The notes under the pieces are model-generated. The model did not search any database. It was not told the DNA's origin and saw only the letters and a list, made by a program, of their open reading frames with translations. The position numbers were made by a program, and so were the translations under genes. Shown here one piece after another: positions 26,235-37,326 of a stretch of DNA of 51,200 nucleotides. The DNA comes from Octopus bimaculoides. Its lineage: Eukaryota. The stretch is from positions 12,152,454-12,203,653 of the forward strand of contig NC_069003.1 of the NCBI RefSeq assembly GCF_001194135.2, written 5' to 3'. Numbering within the stretch: the first letter of the stretch is position 1; each line of letters starts with the position of its first letter.

Positions 26235-27167
26235 NNNNNNNNNNNNNNNNNNNNNNNNNNNNNNNNNNNNNNNNNNNNNNNNNNNNNNNNNNNNNNNNNN
26301 NNNNNNNNNNNNNNNNNNNNNNNNNNNNNNNNNNNNNNNNNNNNNNNNNNNNNNNNNNNNNNNNNNNNNNNNNNNNNNNNNNNNNNNNNNNNNNNNNNNN
26401 NNNNNNNNNNNNNNNNNNNNNNNNNNNNNNNNNNNNNNNNNNNNNNNNNNNNNNNNNNNNNNNNNNNNNNNNNNNNNNNNNNNNNNNNNNNNNNNNNNNN
26501 NNNNNNNNNNNNNNNNNNNNNNNNNNNNNNNNNNNNNNNNNNNNNNNNNNNNNNNNNNNNNNNNNNNNNNNNNNNNNNNNNNNNNNNNNNNNNNNNNNNN
26601 NNNNNNNNNNNNNNNNNNNNNNNNNNNNNNNNNNNNNNNNNNNNNNNNNNNNNNNNNNNNNNNNNNNNNNNNNNNNNNNNNNNNNNNNNNNNNNNNNNNN
26701 NNNNNNNNNNNNNNNNNNNNNNNNNNNNNNNNNNNNNNNNNNNNNNNNNNNNNNNNNNNNNNNNNNNNNNNNNNNNNNNNNNNNNNNNNNNNNNNNNNNN
26801 NNNNNNNNNNNNNNNNNNNNNNNNNNNNNNNNNNNNNNNNNNNNNNNNNNNNNCACATACACACCAACGCACACTAATTCATAGAAATATGATCATACAC
26901 ACACACACACACACAGATACACTTACATATACAGAGACAATCACACATACATACATATTGACATGAATAGACACATATTCTTTCATAGACAAGCACATAG
27001 ATAGCTATACATATTTACAAACACACACACACACACACCAATTCATGGAAATACAATCATACACACACACACTGATAGTACACACATACATCTAACACAC
27101 ACACACATGGAGATGAAAAATTGTAAATGAAGAGATGAGTGTGTATGTATGCATCGGAGTCAGAGTG

Positions 27168-27207
<40 letters not shown>

Positions 27208-27660
27208 AATGTGTGTGCATGCAGGTATTTGTGTGTGTGCGTATGTGCACATACTGGTGTTTGTACATTTCTGTGTGCATTCAGTTGCATTAGTATGTGT
27301 GTGTACACTGACGTTTGTTTGCATCTGTATGCATGTACAGGTGTTATGTGTGCATATGTGTGTGCAGATATTCATCAATGCATAGTGTACATTAGCAAAT
27401 GCACATTGGTGCACATGTGCATGCATGTGTCTGCCTATATGAGAGTGAATAGTGCATACTGATGTTTGTGTGTGCATGCACATATGCTGGTGTATATATG
27501 TGTGTTTGTATATGTATATACATGTGGCAATATGCAAACAAATGCAAGATGGATTCTGGGAACCTTCAGAACAAGGGACCAGGAAACTCTGCTGGATCTA
27601 TGGAGGAAATTTGTACTCCGCTGTCAGGACTACTGCTCTCAACTGTGATCACCCTACAGC

Positions 27661-27925
27661 AGCGTTTCTCAACCAGGGTTCCCTGGAACCCCAGGGTTCC
27701 ACGAACAGTTCCTAGGGTTTCCGCAAGAAAGAGTGAGATAAGCTAATGCTAATTTCATGATCGTAATATATACATGTATGTATATATATATATATTTATA
27801 TATATATATTTATCATGTGAACTATGATGAAAAAATATGAGAAAGATCTGGTATATGTTTTTTATGCAAGAGTTCCTTGGGACATGTAATTTATTTTATG
27901 GTTACACAAAGTTGAGAAACACTGC
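27661..27925. mobile_element. hAT-type MITE
   Basis: TIRs cagcgtttctcaac / gttgagaaacactg, internal ggggttcc repeats and a (TA)n tract. TSD degenerate. Confidence 0.6.
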
Positions 27926-28039
27926 TTACACTGTCAAATTAATAGCAGAACTTGAGGCAGTTCAGCAGTACTAACACCAGGAAGATTGCATCATTGGAAG
28001 TGATGAGCTACTGGGAGAGACTGGAAGAACTACAACACT

Positions 28040-28475
28040 ACTTCCTGGAGTGAAGATGGGAGAAGTATGCAGTGACATACATATGGAAGATCCTGGAAGG
28101 GTTGGCACCAAACTTTGGCATCAAGAGCTATACCAAACCCTGAATGGGATACAATTCCAAAGGTCCAAGTTATCCCATCTAGAGTGACGACCATGTACTG
28201 CAGTAGCTTAGGATTCAAGGGCCCACAACTATTTAACGCTGTGCCAAAATATCTGAGGGATATCCATAGCATAGGGGTAGATGTTTTCAAGAAACAACTT
28301 GACCTCCTGCTATCCAAGGTCCCAGACGAACCTATATCATGGCAAGAAACTCAAAAGAGGGCAGCAGCGTTGAGCTCCCTCCTTCACCAAAAGCCAATTG
28401 CATAAGAATGGCTACTGAAAAGGTGATTACACTGGTGGTGCTCCAACATGGCCACAGCATTTGGGCTGAAACAAT
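28040..28475 (+). mobile_element. 3' end of a non-LTR retrotransposon (CR1/L2-group-like C-terminus) with its 3' tail
   Basis: Reads TMYCSSLGFKGPQLFNAVPKYLRDIHSIGVDVFKKQLDLLLSKVPDEP...RAAALSSLLHQ. A homologous minus-strand copy at ~240-385 reads TMYCKNLGFKGQQLFNTLPKHLKDLHG. Clade assignment is tentative. Confidence 0.7.
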
Positions 28476-28479
28476 AACT

Positions 28480-30390
28480 ATGTTTATTTCAGCATATGCC
28501 CCACAGGCAGGGCTGCCAGAAGAACTGAAGGACCCCTTCTATGAGACCTTCACAGACAACTGATGGTAATTACATTATTGTGGCTGGTGACATCAATGGA
28601 CATGTTGGTGGCTTCTCTGTCGTACATGGAAGCTATAGTTATGGTTCAAGAAACGAGAAATGAAGGTGTAAGGTTCCTGGAGTTCTGCGATACAAATTGA
28701 TCAAATAATTTGCAACATGCACTTTCAGAAACCAGCCAACCACCTCATCACCTACTAATCTGGGGAACATACAAGTTAGATTATCACAAGGAAATGAAGC
28801 AGAAAGTCTATTCCTTATCATCATCCATTAATGTCCGTTTTCTATGTTGGCATGGGTTGACCAGTTTTGCCAGAGCTGGGAAGCCAGAGAGCTGCACCAG
28901 GTTCTAGTCTGATTTGGCAGGGTTTCTAATGCCAACCACTCTATAGAGTGTACTGGGTGCTTTTAATGTGGCACCAACACAAGTGCTTTCTATATGACAC
29001 TGACACAGGACTCTTGCAGGCCAAACTTCTTCACCATATTGTAGATACCAAAACCTTTCCTGGTGAAGAATGCACCATGCAACATAGGTTAGTAGTTAGT
29101 GACTTCAAAGTTAGAGCTAGGCAGACTCAGAAACAAAGGATGTCTTGGAGAAGGAAGATATGGGAACTAAAATGTCAGACAAATGGGAATGGATTCAGAG
29201 AAATTTCACTTGATGTACGTGACTGTAGGGAAGAAGATTTAGACACTTGTAGCATAGATGACAACTGGGAACTTCTGTAAAATAACCTGCTTAGATCTAC
29301 AGAGCAGACATGTGGCTGGGGCAAAGTCCATGCCAAAGCAAAGCTAACATGATGGTGGAATGATAAGGTTGATATGGTGATAAAGGCAAAGAGACAGGCT
29401 CGGAAAACTTGGAAGGTGGACATAAGGAGCTTTACCAAATAGCTAGAAAAGCATCTAGGTGATAGGTATATTTGGCAAAGGGTGAGTCAGAAAGGAAGAG
29501 ACTTTCACATGTCCTGTACTTGAAGATCAGAGGTATGAAGTAATCAGGATTACGACACAAAATGCAAGAGAGAATCAAGATGTCACTGGTGAGAAATGTA
29601 TTTGAAATGTTGATGGAAAAGTCACCAATGATATAGAAGACAGGAAAGTGGCTTAGAAGTGCTAATGTGAAAGATTACTGAATGTGGAGAATGCATGGAA
29701 TAAACAGGTGCTACCTTGTGCTGACCCTAAATAAGAATGGGCAATTCAAATTGACAGCAGCACAATAGATAAGATGATAAAGCATATGAAGAGAGGGAAA
29801 GCTGCAGGTTCATTGGGGATAGTTGCAGGGATGCTCAAAATATCTAGTGAAGTGGGGTACAGGATAACTATTCAGATAGTTAAGCTGTACAAGAAGAAGT
29901 AACTGTGTATTAATTTCATTGTAACCTGCTACAAAGACAAAGAAGATGTATTAGGGAGAAGCGACTATCATCATCATCATCATTTAAAATTTGCTTTCCA
30001 TGCTGGCATGGGTTGGATGGTTTGACAGGAGCTGGCTAGACACTAGGCTTCAGTGTCTGTTTTGACATGGTTTTTATGGCTGGATGACCTTCCAAATGCC
30101 AACTATATTACAGAGTAGACTGGATGCTTTTTATGTGGCACCAGCACTGGCAGGGTCACCAATTAACCTGCAAGACAAAGATCCTTTGAGAGGGGAGGAG
30201 GTGATCTTGTGCCAGAGGACTCAAACTGCTAGATCAAGTTATGAAAGGAAGTCACAGGGAAAGTGATAGAACAATTAGTTCATGACAGAGTAGACCTAGA
30301 TGAGATGCAGTTCAGCTTTGTTCCTGGAAGAGACACCAAAGATACAATCTTCCTCATGAGGCAACTGTAAGAGAAATATTTGGCTGCTAA
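28480..30390 (+). mobile_element. Decayed RTE-clade LINE (AP endonuclease to start of RT), interrupted by younger insertions
   Basis: Recognisable pieces: ISAYAPQAGLPEELKDPFY; GDINGHVG; FQKPANHLITY; KTFPGEECTMQHRLVVSDF; TWWWNDKVDMVIKAKRQA; DEMQFSFVPGRDTKDTIFLMRQL. Many stops. Insertions at ~28815-29000 and ~29965-30240. Confidence 0.85.
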
Positions 30391-30916
30391 GAGTTAACTG
30401 TTATTCTTTCCTGGTTTTTGTTAAACAATCACCCCTGTCCCCACAGTAGCCGTATCCTTAATCTAATCAAACCCACCATCCATACAGAAGCCACAACTAC
30501 AGTCTATCAACCTCTAAAAGATATGTGACCCCTTGGTCTATCACTTACTCTGTAGTCAGACCCCAGATTTCCTGCCTATTATCATATCCATAGTTTAACC
30601 CTTTTGTTACCATATTTCAGCTGAAATACACTGCCTTTGTTTCAATTAATTTTGAAAATCCTGAAGAATTTAGTAAATTAACTTTATAATTATCAACCCT
30701 TTAGCAATCAGATTAATCTGTCAAATGTGATGCTTATTTATTCACCTTGTTTTGAATTAATCATGCATTATCTTGTAACTTTGAGATTTCAATGTTGTGA
30801 TTGTATATTTTTGAAATGACATTCAAATAACAGTTCTGGGTTTACGTCTCTGTAACTTAGCAGTTTGGCAAAAGAAACTGACAGAATAAAGTACCAGGCT
30901 TAAAAATAAATAAATA

Positions 30917-31330
30917 GGCGCAGGAGTGGCTGTATGGTAAGTAGCTTGCTTACCAACCACATGGTTCCGGGTTCATTCCCACTGCGTGGCACCTTGGGCA
31001 AGTGTCTTCTACTATAGCCTCGGGCCGACCAAAACCTTGTGAGTGGATTTTGTAGACGGAAACTGAAAGAAGCCTGTCGTATATATATATATGTATATAT
31101 ATATATGTGTATGTGCGTGTATGTGTTTGTGTGTCTGTGTTTGTCCCTTCACCATCGCTTGACAACCGATGGTGGTGTGTTTACGTCCCCATAGCTTAGC
31201 GGTTCGGCAAAAGAGACCAATAGAATAAGTACTAGGCTTCCAAAGAATAAGTCCTGGGGTCGATTTGCTCAACTAAAGGTGGTGCTCCAGCATGGCCGCA
31301 GTCAAATGACTTAAACAATTAAGTAAAGAG
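30917..31330 (+). mobile_element. Full-length tRNA-derived CORE-type SINE (dominant family), nested in an older copy
   Basis: Head ggcgcaggagtggctgtatggtaag...gggttcattccc; CORE-like ccttgggcaagtgtctt; internal (TA)/(TG) microsatellite; tail ggtggtgctccagcatggccgcagtcaaatgac; TSD taaata. Other copies at ~1225, 5575, 9985, 11895, 15090, 15900, 34028, 38820, 39400, 41475, 43725, 48170 and 50340. Confidence 0.88.
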
Positions 31331-32026
31331 TAAATACTGGGGATCAATTCGTTCAACTAAAAATTCTTCAAGGCGATGGATGCCCCAGCATGGCCACAGT
31401 CTAATGACTGAAACAAAGAAAAGACAAAAACTACTGCAGCAAGAATTCTATGCTCCCACTTACTCTTTCACCACTACCCAATCAACTGCCGTCACCTCCA
31501 CCTCTGTCGGTTGAAGCCAGACTCAACCATTCCAAAAACCTCCATTCCCTATCTTCATCACCACCACCAAACTACATCATCAGCATAAGCATCATCTTCA
31601 TCTTCACTGCAAGGGTATTCTGCATTCAATCCCAAAATTTTTCAACTACACACACACACAGGTCTTCACACATCCTCATCCCTTCCTGCTCCACTTCTTA
31701 GGTTTTCAGCATCACTGAGGGTTGGGGGGGAGGGAGGGAGAGAGAGAAGACCTGACTTTAATATCCCTGACAACCCACCACCCCTGCGACCCTAGGTCAA
31801 CATGGAGGTCAAATTATAGAGGTGTGTGTATGTGCATATGTGTCTGTCTCTGTATATGTGTGTGTATGGGGATGTATGTATATTGTGCACATTTGTGTTG
31901 TGTGTGTGTGTGTTTGTGTGTCCATGCGTGGGAGGGAGAGCAGAGAGGGCAAAGACACTAACCTAACACAACAGTCTCTGTCTCTCTCTCTCTCTTCCTT
32001 TCTCTGTCTCTCTCTCTCTCTTCCTT

Positions 32027-32062
<36 letters not shown>

Positions 32063-32295
32063 TTCCAACCCCATTACTCCTCTCTGACTAATGCTGTCTG
32101 TTATTTGAATGGTTGGAATCTGTCAATGAAACTACCTCTCAGCCAATCGGAAACATAGTTCACCACCACTACCTCCAGCACCTTATTAGCATTATTGTTT
32201 TTGTCTTACCTGTGTGTGATGTGGGGGGGGGGCAGTGGTGGTGAGGGGTGTACTATAATGGATACATTTGTGTGTATCTTTCACACAGGTGTGTA

Positions 32296-32347
<52 letters not shown>

Positions 32348-33119
32348 AGCGTGAACATGAGTCTATATGCAAGGTGTATGTATGTATGTATACATGTATA
32401 ATATATACACACACACACACATATATACATACACACACACATATATATATACACACACACACAAACGTGTATTTGTATATGTATATATATGTATGTATAT
32501 GCATATATATACTTATTTGCGTGTGCACGTGTTCATCATCATCATCCTAAAACTGATGTTAAAGGATGATGATGATGACACACACACACATGAATAAATA
32601 AATAAATATATATATACATAAATATGCAAACACACATGTGTATATACATATATAACACACACACAAGTATAAATTCGCACATACAAACATTATATATACA
32701 CATACATATATATACAAATATATATATATCATCATCATCGTCGTTAAACGTCTGCTTTCCATGCTGGCNNNNNNNNNNNNNATATATATATATATATAAA
32801 GTGCATGCACACACATAAAACAAACATAGACTTGTGTATATGTATGTGTGTGCCAGAAATAATAAGGATCATAACCCAACACTTAAAGGATTCATGGAAC
32901 ACACCAGAGAGAGGGGTGGTGGTGGTGGTGGTGGGATCGAAGCAGGGAGAAACAGGTAAAATGGAAAGACAATAGAGTCAATACACACCACACGGGTGTG
33001 TGTGTGGTGAGGAGGCTACATCAGGTATTCATTTCTGGATGTAAAATGGAAGGGAGTGGTGCACAAAACAGCCTTGCATGCTGGCAAGGTGTACGTGTAT
33101 AATTGTGTGCTGTGTTAAT

Positions 33120-33124
<5 letters not shown>

Positions 33125-33203
<79 letters not shown>

Positions 33204-33408
33204 CACACATACATACATATATATATACACATACATACATATATATATACACATACATATATATATATATATACATACATACATATATATATATACATGC
33301 ATACATATATACACATACATATATATATATATATATACATACATACATACATATATATACATATATGTATATGCACATATATGCATGCACACACAATGTA
33401 TGTATGTG

Positions 33409-33478
<70 letters not shown>

Positions 33479-33494
33479 CATTTATATACATATA

Positions 33495-33532
<38 letters not shown>

Positions 33533-33560
33533 CATACACACATGCACAAAGATGTGTGTG
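33125..33560. repeat. Compound microsatellite (TG)n-(TA/TACA)n-(AG)n-(TG)n
   Basis: Seen directly. Similar tracts at 13405-13472, 13778-13915, 27160-27210, 32290-32730 and 51160-51200, and a (CTA/CTG)n tract at 25855-26045. Confidence 0.95.
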
Positions 33561-34822
33561 TAGAGAGTGAGACAATGACAAACAGACAGACAGACAGAAG
33601 GTCCATGTTTTCACAAACAAGAATGACTCAGTGATTGTGTTGTTATTTCTGACTCATGGTGTGGTGTAGATAACCTGGATGTTGTTGTTGTTGTTATTGT
33701 TGTTTAAGAGATGTGGATACTTTTGTGGTGATGGTGTTGGTGGTGGATTTTGTTGTATTGACTGTTGCTCCAATAGTGGTGATGTTCACAGTGATGGCAG
33801 TGTTGTGATTGTTGTTGTTGCTGTTGTAGTTGTTACTGTAGTGATGATGATGATGATGTTATGGTTAAGGTAGAGTAGAGGCAATGTTACTGTGGTAGTA
33901 TTGTGCTTATGTTGTTGCTGTAGTTTTCATTTAACCCCAAGCCAACCAAGAATCAGCAAACTTATAATCAAAAACAATCTGGCCATGACCATCTAGCTTA
34001 TTTTTCTCTCCATATACCATCATCATCATAGGCACAGGCATGGCTGTGTGGTAAGAAGCTTACTTCCCAACCACATGGTTCCAGTTTCAATCCCACTGTG
34101 TGGCACCTTGGGCAAGTGTCTTCTACTATAGCCTCAGGCCGACCAAGGCCTTGTGAGTAGATTTGGTAAACAGAAACTGAAAGAAGCCTGTCATATACAT
34201 ATATATATATATATATATATGTATATGTATGTATGTATGTGTATGTGTTTGTACCTCCACCCTTGCTTGACAACCAATGTTAGTGTGTTTATGTCCCTGT
34301 AACCTAGCAGTTTGGCAAAAGAGACTGAAAGAATAAGTCCTGGGTTAAATTTCTTTGACTAAAACCCTTTAAGGCGGTGCTCCAGCATGGCCACAATCAA
34401 ATGTCTCTTCAGAAAATGTCTCAGACTTCTGGCATGCACTTTGTGGGTAAGATGTGGGAAGAGTCACCAATGATGCATGGGGGTGAAGAGCAGCGGAATA
34501 GAAACAGTGACAGAATAGACAGGAGAAAGATGAGGAGAAAGAGAGAGAGAGAGATGACTTGTGATTGGGTAGGTTGCCATAGTAAAGTGAAGGTGAGAAG
34601 AGGCAGTAGTAGTGCAAAACAGGATGGTCATAAATGGAACCATTCTCATCATGGGTCTGTTTTATCAATGCTTAACCTGGGACTAAACAACATAAAGTGA
34701 AGTGGTCAGAGTTGAGGTACCAACAGATGTACTTCATTGTTGAGTTAAGATACCAACAACTGTACCTCATTATTTACATTATTTACATTTGACGGATATT
34801 TGTCCTCATCTTATTTGTTGTT

Positions 34823-34868
34823 AACACAACATTTCGGCTGATATACCCTCCAGCCTTCATCAGGTGTC
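34823..34868 (-). ncRNA. Hammerhead ribozyme, second arm (variant)
   Basis: Reverse complement reads gacac-CTGATGA-a-ggctg-gagggtatat-cagcc-GAAA-t-GTT-gtgtt. Stem III has a U-G wobble and the triplet is GUU. Sense to the RTEL1 pre-mRNA. Confidence 0.65.
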
Positions 34869-35177
34869 TTGGAGAAATTTTGAACCTGGGTTCTCATTCC
34901 TAACGATGTTACTATTATTATATTATTATTATTATTACTATTATTAATCAGGTCGCTGCCATGAATCGAACTCGGAATCTTGGGGTTAGTAGCCCGCGCT
35001 CTTAACCACTATGCCATATGCCCACGGGCATATGGCATAGTGGTTAAGAGCGCGGGCTACAAACCCCAAGATTCCGAGTTCGATTCCAAACAGTGACCTG
35101 AACACTAATAATAATAATAATAATATAATAATAGTAACATCGTTAGGAATGAGAACCCAGGTTCAAAATTTCCCCAA

Positions 35178-35223
35178 GACACCTGATGAAGGCTGGAGGG
35201 TATATCAGCCGAAACGTCGTGTT
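35178..35223 (+). ncRNA. Minimal type I hammerhead ribozyme, predicted GUC cleavage after 35218
   Basis: Stem I gacac/gtgtt; core CTGATGA plus an extra A; stem II ggctg-gagggtatat-cagcc; GAAA; loopless palindromic stem III (ac/gt); NUH triplet GTC. Confidence 0.8.
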
Positions 35224-35424
35224 AACAACAAACAAGATGAGGACAAATATCCGTCAAATGTAAATAATGTAAATAATTCCTCATCTCTTAAATATAGAAC
35301 TGAAATGTACCTCATTTTAGAGGTACCAACAGATGTACCTTGTAGAAGTACTATTGCTGAGGTACCAACAGATGTACCTTATTGCTGAAGTTCCAACTGA
35401 TGTACCTTCATTGTTGGGGTACTT

Positions 35425-35450
35425 ACCTGCAAGATAAGAGAGAGGGCAGT
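35425..35450 (-). promoter_or_regulatory. Juxtaposed 3' and 5' splice signals (recursive-splice-site-like)
   Basis: Minus strand reads ctgcactgccctctctcttatcttgcAG|GTAAGTac (AG at 35428-35427, GT at 35426-35425), about 120 nt into the 11-kb RTEL1 intron. Confidence 0.5.
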
Positions 35451-35549
35451 GCAGTAACAACGAAGTACTTCGCTGCTCCCACTCACTTCACCCCCCCCCC
35501 ACTGCAGTGAAACAAAAATCAGTAGTACCTTGTACTAAGATGTACTCAC

Positions 35550-35588
35550 CTTTGAGTTGGAGGACTTCATCCAATGTAAAATCTGGGG
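35550..35588 (-). CDS. RTEL1: RTEL1 internal exon (39 bp, phase 1 to 1)
   Basis: Strong acceptor ttttcatttatattttatctttgcag| and donor |gtgagt. Translates xPDFTLDEVLQLK, corresponding to the short GLNMELEDIAKLK exon of RTEL1. In frame with 24473-24548. Confidence 0.8.
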
Positions 35589-36409
35589 CTGCAAAGATAA
35601 AATATAAATGAAAACGAGGCAGAGTTAGGGTTATAGATGGGGGCAGATGATGGAAAGTGGTGGAGGTTAGGGGTGAGAGAATGTGAAATGGGTGAGACGA
35701 AGGGAGGGAGAAAAATGAAGGTAAACATAGGTGGAAGAGACAGTAGGACAGAAGGGTTAGACGTGCTAAAGCTGTTCTCGTGATTGGTACTTTTATTTTA
35801 TCGACCTCTGAAAAACAAAAGGATTTGAACTCAGAATATAAATGCTTGGAACAAATACTGCAAGGCATTTTATTTAATGTTCTAACGATTCCAATAATCC
35901 ATGCCCACCCCTACTGCGAGTCCAGAATTTTGCTTTTATTGACCCCTGAAAGATGAAAAGCAAAGCTGACCTCAATAAGATTTGAACCATGAACTTCAAG
36001 ACCCAAGCTAAATACTACAAGTCTTTGACACAAACCACTGTCGATATTAACAGAAAGTAAGGTGGTGAGCTGGCAAAATGCTTGGCAGCATTTTGTCTGT
36101 TTTTACACTCTGAAGGCACATGGCACAGTGCCAAGAGCATCGGGCTCACAATCATGTGGTAGAGTTTGAGTCCCAGATTGGGCTGTGTGTTGTGTTCTTA
36201 AGCAAGATACTTTATTTCATAAGGCAGCAAGCTGGCAGAAACATTAGCACGCCGGGTGAAATGCCTAGCGGTATTTCGTCTGTCTTTACATTCTGAGTTC
36301 AAATTCCGCCGAGGTTGACTTTGCCTTTCATCCTTTCAGGGTCAATAAACTAAGTACAAGTTGCATACTGGGGTTGATCTAATCGACTGCCTCACCCCCA
36401 ACCCCTGAC

Positions 36410-36646
36410 AGTTAATGGAGTCTATTTTCTGTACATCTTCGGTGTTTATTGTACCTGTGCACCTTCCACACACAAAAGCTATTTTCCCTGTTAACTTTCC
36501 TCTGATATTGCTGCACCTCTTATGTATCCAAAGCTTACACTGGGTACATCTTATGAAGTTTCTACCTATGCCTTTTCTACAGATCGAGCAGGGCTATCTA
36601 CCTGAAGGGTTTTGTGATTTGTCTGCCTTTCTACTTACTAAGACTT

Positions 36647-36650
<4 letters not shown>
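36410..36650 (-). mobile_element. RTE-type LINE fragment encoding a PHD-like C4HC3 zinc finger
   Basis: Minus strand reads KVLVSRKADKSQNPSGR*PCSICRKGIGRNFIRCTQCKLWIHKRCSNIRGKLTGKIAFVCGRCTG, with an in-frame stop. Adjacent to an RTE 3' tail at 36730-37235. Confidence 0.75.
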
Positions 36651-36680
<30 letters not shown>

Positions 36681-36729
36681 CTCACTAATTCGTATCTTTA
36701 CTTCACTGATCACTAAAAAGCCTGCTTGT

Positions 36730-37235
36730 GAAGACCTGTTGAGGCAAGTGAAATCGATATCGAAATTGAACCATACTCGATGACTGGCACCTGTGCCAGT
36801 GGAGCGCTAAGAGCACCATCTGAGAGTGATCATTGCCAGAGCAGCTGTCTGGCTTCCGTGCTAGTGGCCCGTAAATAGAACCATTTGAGCGTAATCGTTA
36901 CTAGCATCGCCTTCTAGCACTTGTGATGGTGGCAAGTTAGAAAATCATTCGAGCGAGGTCGTTGCCAGTGCCGCTGGACTGGCTCCCATGCAGGTGGCAC
37001 GTAAAAAACACCTTTCTGAGCGCGGCTGTTGCCAGTACCATGTGATTGGCCCTCGTGCCGGTGGCACGTAAAAGCACCCACTACACTCTCAGAGTGGTTG
37101 GCGTTAGGAAGGGCATCCAGCTGTAGAAACTCTGCCAAATCAGATTGGAACTTGGTGCAGCCTTCTGGTTTGCCAGTCCTCAGTCAAATCGTCCAACCCA
37201 TGCTAGCATGGAAAGCGGATGTTAAATGATGATGA
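36730..37235 (+). mobile_element. RTE-LINE 3' tail repeat with (GAT)n end, representative of a high-copy family
   Basis: Ends ...ccatgctagcatggaaagcggatgttaaatgatgatgat. Related copies at ~9790-9990, 21050-21560, 25080-25570, 28815-29000, 29965-30240, 45160-45530, 46560-46665, 48560-48750 and 50850-50980. Confidence 0.75.
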
Positions 37236-37326
37236 TATATATATATATATATATATATATTTAATTATATGTATTTCTTCTATCTTAATGAATAAAAATT
37301 CTTCAGATAGAATTAATGGGTTAATA

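Larger units (their letters stand above)
34770..35280. mobile_element. Palindromic non-autonomous element: two head-to-head units of tRNA-like head, (AAT)n, hammerhead ribozyme (Penelope-like terminal type)
   Basis: Arms of about 255 bp are near-perfect reverse complements around ...tatgccc-ac-gggcata... (centre 35024/35025). Each arm has an A-box (tggcatagtggtt), a B-box (gagttcgattcc on +), an AAT tract and a CTGATGA...GAAA core. Confidence 0.85.

Noticed and set aside
30917-30990. tRNA-like sequences (also ~790-860, 22760-22830, 35026-35090)
   Set aside because: They have A/B boxes but no complete cloverleaf, and they continue into SINE bodies. Not tRNA genes.
33021-33634. Several 120-200 aa ORFs on both strands
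   Set aside because: Translations of dinucleotide microsatellites (YIYI/THTH/CVCV); not coding.
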